Notes under the pieces: generated by a model
The model's input: the letters and a program-made list of their open reading frames with translations, nothing else
What the model was told of the DNA's origin: nothing
The model's database searches: none
Part shown: piece after piece, positions 37,319-46,907 of the stretch
How positions within the stretch are numbered: position 1 is the first letter of the stretch
Layout of the letters: each line of letters begins with the position of its first letter
Assembly (NCBI GenBank): GCA_018398765.1
Contig: JAHBMJ010000469.1
Span: forward strand, 1 to 46,907
From: Chromera velia
Taxonomy: Eukaryota
Direction: 5' to 3'
Length of the DNA stretch: 46,907 nt
Translations under genes and position numbers: made by a program

Positions 37319-38080
37319 ACGAAAGAAAGCAGGAAAGCAGGAAAGCAAGGAAGGACGAAAGAAAGCAAGCAAGAAAGAAAGCAAAGAAGCAAGGAAGAAA
37401 GAAACAAAGCAACAAACAAACAAAAAAAGAAAGAAAGAAAGAAACAAACAAACAAACAAAAAAAAGAAAGAATGAAAGAAAGAAAGAAAGAAACAAGCAA
37501 AGAAAGAAACAGGGAAAGAAAGAAACAGGGAAAGAGGGAAAGCGGAGAGACCCACCACTCCTCCATCCGGTAAACATCGTTCTCTGCCAGAAGGTTCCCG
37601 AGGAACTCATCCATGTCCATCGACCTTTCTTTGTCTTCCTCTTCATCATCCGAGAAGGTCACTGCCTCGAGCATCTTCGGGAGGGACTCAAGTCGGAAGG
37701 TGGTGACGTCGCCGTCCTCCTTCAAAGCGTCCATTCCCGCCTCAGCACCCGACTGGTGGGCACCCTTCATGGCCTGACTCGTCGCATGGGAACGAACCCA
37801 CACACACACACATGCACACACACACACACATGCACACACACACACACACACACAGTCATGCGGACAGATATGCAGACAAACAGAGATACATGGATAAGTA
37901 GATGTATAGACATAAAGATAGAGGTATAGACGCGTCTATGTATGTCGTTGCAGCCGTTTTACGTGAACACGCACTCACCTGACAGCAGAGACGAAAAGCA
38001 GAGACAGGCCAGCCGGAGGGATGGAAAAACAGACATACAGGCAGGCAGGCAGACTGCATGGAAGGAAGATATGCATGCCC

Positions 38081-38130
<50 letters not shown>

Positions 38131-38251
38131 TGACAGACAGAGAGACAGACAGACAGACAGGCAGACAGACAGACAGACAGACAGGCAGGCAGACAGACAG
38201 ACAGGCAGGCAGACAGACAGACAGACAGACCGACCGACCGACCGACCGACC

Positions 38252-38282
<31 letters not shown>

Positions 38283-39798
38283 CGACAGACAGAGAGACAG
38301 ACAGGCAGACAGACAGACAGACAGACAGACAGACAGGCAGACAGACAGACAGACAGACAGACCCGCAGGGGTGTGGAAGAGCGTCTGCAGAGAGTGCGCA
38401 TGGATTTGAGGCCGAGGTCCCATCTCTTCTCCTTCTCCTTTAACGCCTCCAGGAGTGCGGAAGTCTTGCTGGCGCCCTCAAGCGTTTTTGCATCGCTCTG
38501 GTCATCGAGCTCGTATACCACTTGGGCAATTGCAGTCAGAGTCTTTTTGTTCTTTGTCTTCTTCCAGAGATCGGGTGCTTGCTTCTTCATTCTTTCAACG
38601 AAGTCGGGACTCATCATCAAAGCTTCTGTACTGAATTCCAAAACAGGGAATCCTGGGGACCCGGGTAGATCGAGGGCCTGTCTGTTTTCCTGGTCAGACT
38701 CGTTCTCTTTCTCTATCAGAAGAGACCAAAAGAGCCGATTGCGGAGAGTAAAGTCAGCAGACTGTTGCAAAGTTGCGCAGAGCTCATCGAGTTTGGTTGC
38801 GTGCCCCCTGAGGAAGAAGTGCACGACGTCGGGCGCACTGCCTCTGTCAAAAAGTGCGGAGCAGTCGTCTTTGTTGAGGTTCGGGGTCTCTTTCTTTGCA
38901 AGCATTCGGGTCTCGACGGCGGTACACGAGTCTTGAGTGTCCATGCACTTCAGCGCATCACAGCCACTGCAGGTAGGGGGGGAGCTGAGATTCTCGAGCG
39001 CTTCCTTGCAAGGCTCGCAGTGTTTATACCCCCGAGAAAGACTCTCTAGAGCGCCTGAACCTTCTGGAGGGCAAAAAGTCCTCTCCTTCAGTTGACCTGT
39101 CGCTTCGTCCGGCTTTTGGATCTTCGCGCAGATGCTCTGGGGAGTCTCGGAGGGGGACTGGATGAGGGACCTCACCTGCAGGCGCACACGCATGCATGCA
39201 TGCTGTCGTAAATGGAGCTTGTACATAGAATAAATTTCTTGTGTGGTGATGTTCTTGCTCTCCTCTGACAGGAGTCTTGGACAGGAGTTACCATGGTAAA
39301 TTAATTGCCTACGGTAAATTTGTCGGGTGCTTGCATGTGCATGCGTTCACGAGCCGATGGTTTCTCCTTTATCCATTTACGGTGCGTGCGAAGTCCGAAA
39401 TGCATAACCGTGCACAAAACTGCAGCCTGCTGGCTCTGCGTACTCAGATGAGCTTCGTGTTCTGTTGTTCACATGTTGCTGCGTTAATTGAAAGGTTTGT
39501 TGCGGCATGTACGTCTTACCTGCAACCAGAGCTCCTTGTTGCTGCGGATTCTTTCGAAGGTAGCACATACTGCAGAGGACTCTGTTGTCTTCCCTGTGCT
39601 CCCACTGCTGTCACTTCCACTGCTCCTGCATGGATTGACCCATTTGTCGTTGGAACCAAACAGAGACGTGCAGACAGAGACGGGATCCGTCTCGCAAGCA
39701 CAAACTTCCGGCGTTTTTGCGCCAATGCGGAGGGGCAGGGATAAGTGACAGGAAGTCAAGAGGACACAGAAAGAAAGAAGAAGGGACGAGCTTATCAT
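34450..39798 (-). CDS. Secreted hypothetical protein, ~794 aa, with a Cys-rich N-terminal region and an alpha-helical C-terminal region. Exons 39798-39520, 39175-38363, 37773-37556, 36128-35660, 35314-35198, 34938-34450
   Basis: Signal peptide MISSSLLLSFCVLLTSCHLS. All five GT-AG introns join in phase without stops, ending in TAA at 34452-34450. No family motif recognised. Confidence 0.72.
36780..37545 (+). repeat. Composite (GAAA)n/(GCAA)n/(CAAA)n microsatellite with higher-order repeats, intronic
   Basis: Directly visible. The block aaacaaaggaacaaacaaacaaacaaaaaaag recurs three times. Confidence 0.93.
38082..38362 (+). repeat. (GACA)n/(GACC)n microsatellite, intronic
   Basis: Directly visible. 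Confidence 0.95.
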
Positions 39799-40086
39799 TC
39801 TTTAACACTGCCTCTGGCCTTTAATCCTTCAAAGCGAGACTGCCATATACAGAGCTCGAGTGACAAAACTTTGCACTCAAGAGTCCGCAGTCAACACATA
39901 TATATATATGTGTGCAATTCAGGATGACCGGGAGTGAAGCTAATGAGACTGCTTCGGTAGGGTCTCTAGAGTGTTGTGATTTCTGCATGTCGTTCACATC
40001 TGCATGTTGAAGGAACACCGGCTTTCACGAAACGGCTTGGTGTATACTCACATTCATGCACCTGCACGTTAATTTCACTTTTGTCG

Positions 40087-40192
40087 TGCATGCATGCATG
40101 CAGAAAAAAAGTAAATATCGAATAACAAAATGCATATGCATGGTTCGCGCGCATTCGCGCGCGCGCGAACGCGATGCATGCATGCATGCATG
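40087..40192. promoter_or_regulatory. Palindromic TGCATGCA/(CG)n cluster between divergent genes (putative bidirectional promoter core)
   Basis: tgcatgcatgcatgca...gttcgcgcgcattcgcgcgcgcgcgaac...tgcatgcatgcatgca lies between the ATG at 39798 (-) and the ATG at 40417 (+). Confidence 0.5.
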
Positions 40193-40416
40193 GCAATTAT
40201 GTGCGAGAATCAAGTTTAATTGTGCGCGTCCTTCACGGCATCATCCTTCTTGTACCGGGCTAGCTGTCTGAATCCCTTGTGTATAGCCTGATGAGTCTCT
40301 GCACACCCTTGCGGCCAGTTTTCCTCATACATAGCCCACCGTATGGCGTGAAGTCCTCGAACGTTGAGGCGTCCCATCTTCATATAAACAGACAAAAGAC
40401 CTCCTCACAACTTGTG

Positions 40417-44924
<4,508 letters not shown>

Positions 44925-45761
44925 GTTCCGGAGGCCACAAAAGCCTCTGAGATGGGCTCCGCTTCTGATTTTGCTTCTGGGTATTGGTCCACGTTTACAC
45001 ATCCCTCGTTCATTGACCGCATGGCAGCTTCACTTAATGATAATGCCTAGAATAATCCCCATGTTTGATCACTTTAAGAGCTCAATAAATCTTGATCATT
45101 TCAAATGTAAACATTTTTGAATAAGGTTTTTTTTAGTGTTACATGATAGTGTATGGCATTTTTTATATTACTTTTAATGCTAGCTTTAATACCTATACAT
45201 TAGAACTTGGGTCTGCAGGACACCGTTTTTGATTATTATCACTTGAATTAATTATTTTTTTGAAGGATTGTCTAAAAGTTTAAAGTGAGAGTGCTACGAG
45301 TCTGAAATGCATCATTATCCAGATAATTATTCATATAAGGTATAATTTTATGACATAAATACAGTTTTTTTTATCACCTCTCCCCGCGACCCGGCCGGCC
45401 CCCCAAAACGAAAAAATGCGGCATATGCGAGTGCGTGCATGCAATCTTAGCTATAGGCCCTGCATGCACAGGGCCTCTCGCTGCTGATCTCAGCATGCAG
45501 CTCGAGCTGAGCTGCATGCATGCCCCCCATGCAAGGCGAGATGCATCGATCGATACGCGTCAGTACAGATCCCGATTATTATTGGTTTCGTATATGTCCC
45601 GATAGTAGAAGCGTGTCGCAAGACGACGGCCTGCCAGAAGACCTCGACTCATTGCAGTGTCCTTCCTTGGTAGAACCAGCCAGAGAGGCACGAAGCAGTC
45701 GCGTACGAAAGCGTGCTCTGAACAGACGGGAGGTCCCACCTGGGTGACGGCTTCAAGAAAG

Positions 45762-46535
45762 ATGAGCGCCTCCACCGGAGCCTCTGGGGGCGTTTCCTCC
45801 AAAAGCGAGCTTCTGGATGTTTTGTCTGACGTCAAGGTCAAGGTCCAGGACAGGCTGGGCATCGTGGACTTCCCCATCCCTCAGGTAGGACGTGCGTGCG
45901 TAGGTAGGTAGGTCACTGCATGCATGTAGGTCAGACAGAAACTTGCATGAGCTGCATGTGTGTGGAGGACCCAGTGTGATTGCTGGAGCGCAAATCACAG
46001 GTGCATATGGACATTAGAAGCGGGAGTGAATGAACAGACAGCGGCTTGATAGAATAGACGGGCGACGCTGGGGGGGGAACTTCTCTCTCAAGTCGTCTTG
46101 TGTCTCCCTCGAGGGACTTCAGAGATATATCGGTCAATCAACAAAAGGTGCATGGCCTCCCTGCGCCTTCCAATCTCAGTGAGAGAATGACTCGAGAAGC
46201 ATGCAGGCGAAAGTCTGAAGGAGGGTCATCCCTTCACAAGTGAAGCGCACGGGTCGGATGGCAGGTCTTGACAACGAACAAACACGAAATCGAGGGTACC
46301 CATAAGTCAACGAGGGCACGCGTGTGCATTGGACAGGAAAGCCTAGACAGAAAATTGCACGTAGATTCTGTGACTGCAGTTTATCATTATAGGCAAGCAG
46401 TCAGTGGGAAAATCGCGTCTGATCGAGGCCCTCGCGGGTGAGCAGTTCAACTTCGTCTCTGGCACCCTCGGATCCCGGAGACCCACTGTTCTCGAGTTCA
46501 GAAACGTCCCGGCGAACTCAGACAGCGTGTGGCAG
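45762..46535 (+). CDS. Dynamin-related GTPase (DRP5/ARC5/Dlp-like), 5' part only. Exons 45762-45884 and 46380-46535, continuing beyond the window
   Basis: Spliced translation: MSASTGASGGVSSKSELLDVLSDVKVKVQDRLGIVDFPIPQ|FIIIGKQSVGKSRLIEALAGEQFNFVSGTLGSRRPTVLEFRNVPANSDSVWQ. It shows the dynamin xPQ lead-in, G1 GxQSxGKS and the G2 region RRPxxL. EALxGxQFN resembles the DRP5 class. Confidence 0.85.
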
Positions 46536-46605
46536 GTCAGTCAGTGACACACAAACACACAGGCAGAGCGGCAAGGTTGGGAAATTAAAACCGGGAGGCT
46601 CGCAT

Positions 46606-46851
46606 GCACACTCACCCACCCACTCACTCAATCACTCGCACTCACACACACTCACTCACTCACTCACACACTCACTCAATCATTCGCACTCCCACACACT
46701 CACACACCTAAACAGCGCAACACTTACGCCTACACACATCTACACATGCACACACATGCAGAAACATGCAGACACATGCACACACACTCACACACACACA
46801 CTCTCTCTCACACACACACGCGCACACGTGCACACAGAGAGACAGAGATAG

Positions 46852-46888
<37 letters not shown>

Positions 46889-46907
46889 GGGGGGGGGGGG
46901 GGGGGGG
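46606..46907 (+). repeat. Intronic (CACT)n/(CA)n/(GATA)n/(GA)n/poly-G microsatellites
   Basis: Directly visible. Confidence 0.95.

Overview
This is eukaryotic nuclear DNA. GC-rich multi-exon genes have microsatellite-filled introns and are separated by AT-rich spacers. TGCATGCA motifs and GTCAGT/GTCGGT donors are abundant, which suggests a chromerid/apicomplexan-like alveolate (inference only). Most ORFs in the supplied track are microsatellite artefacts, so I built gene models by joining GT-AG exons manually. In order, the window holds: (1) the 3' part of a VTT/DedA (TVP38/TMEM64-like) membrane protein gene; (2) a 5'-truncated CRE-like RLE non-LTR retrotransposon with a poly(A) tail and a candidate 8-bp TSD; (3) a head-to-head pair of paralogous GT61 glycosyltransferases; (4) a secreted HtrL/YibB-like plus GT-A-like two-domain glycosyltransferase; (5) a repeat-rich spacer; (6) a disrupted gene starting with a CBM25/26-like starch-binding module, followed by a zinc-finger exon series; (7) a ~794-aa secreted Cys-rich/helical orphan, head-to-head with (8) a class-3 lipase whose catalytic GHSLG motif is split by a stop-free in-frame intron; and (9) the first two exons of a DRP5/ARC5-like dynamin whose GTPase exon is missing from the ORF track. 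The most interesting signals are the three-gene glycosyltransferase cluster, the repeated duplication of splice junctions (including the lipase intron), the shared TGCATGCA/(CG)n palindromic cores of two bidirectional promoters, and the DRP5-type dynamin. All family assignments are from recalled motifs, not database searches.
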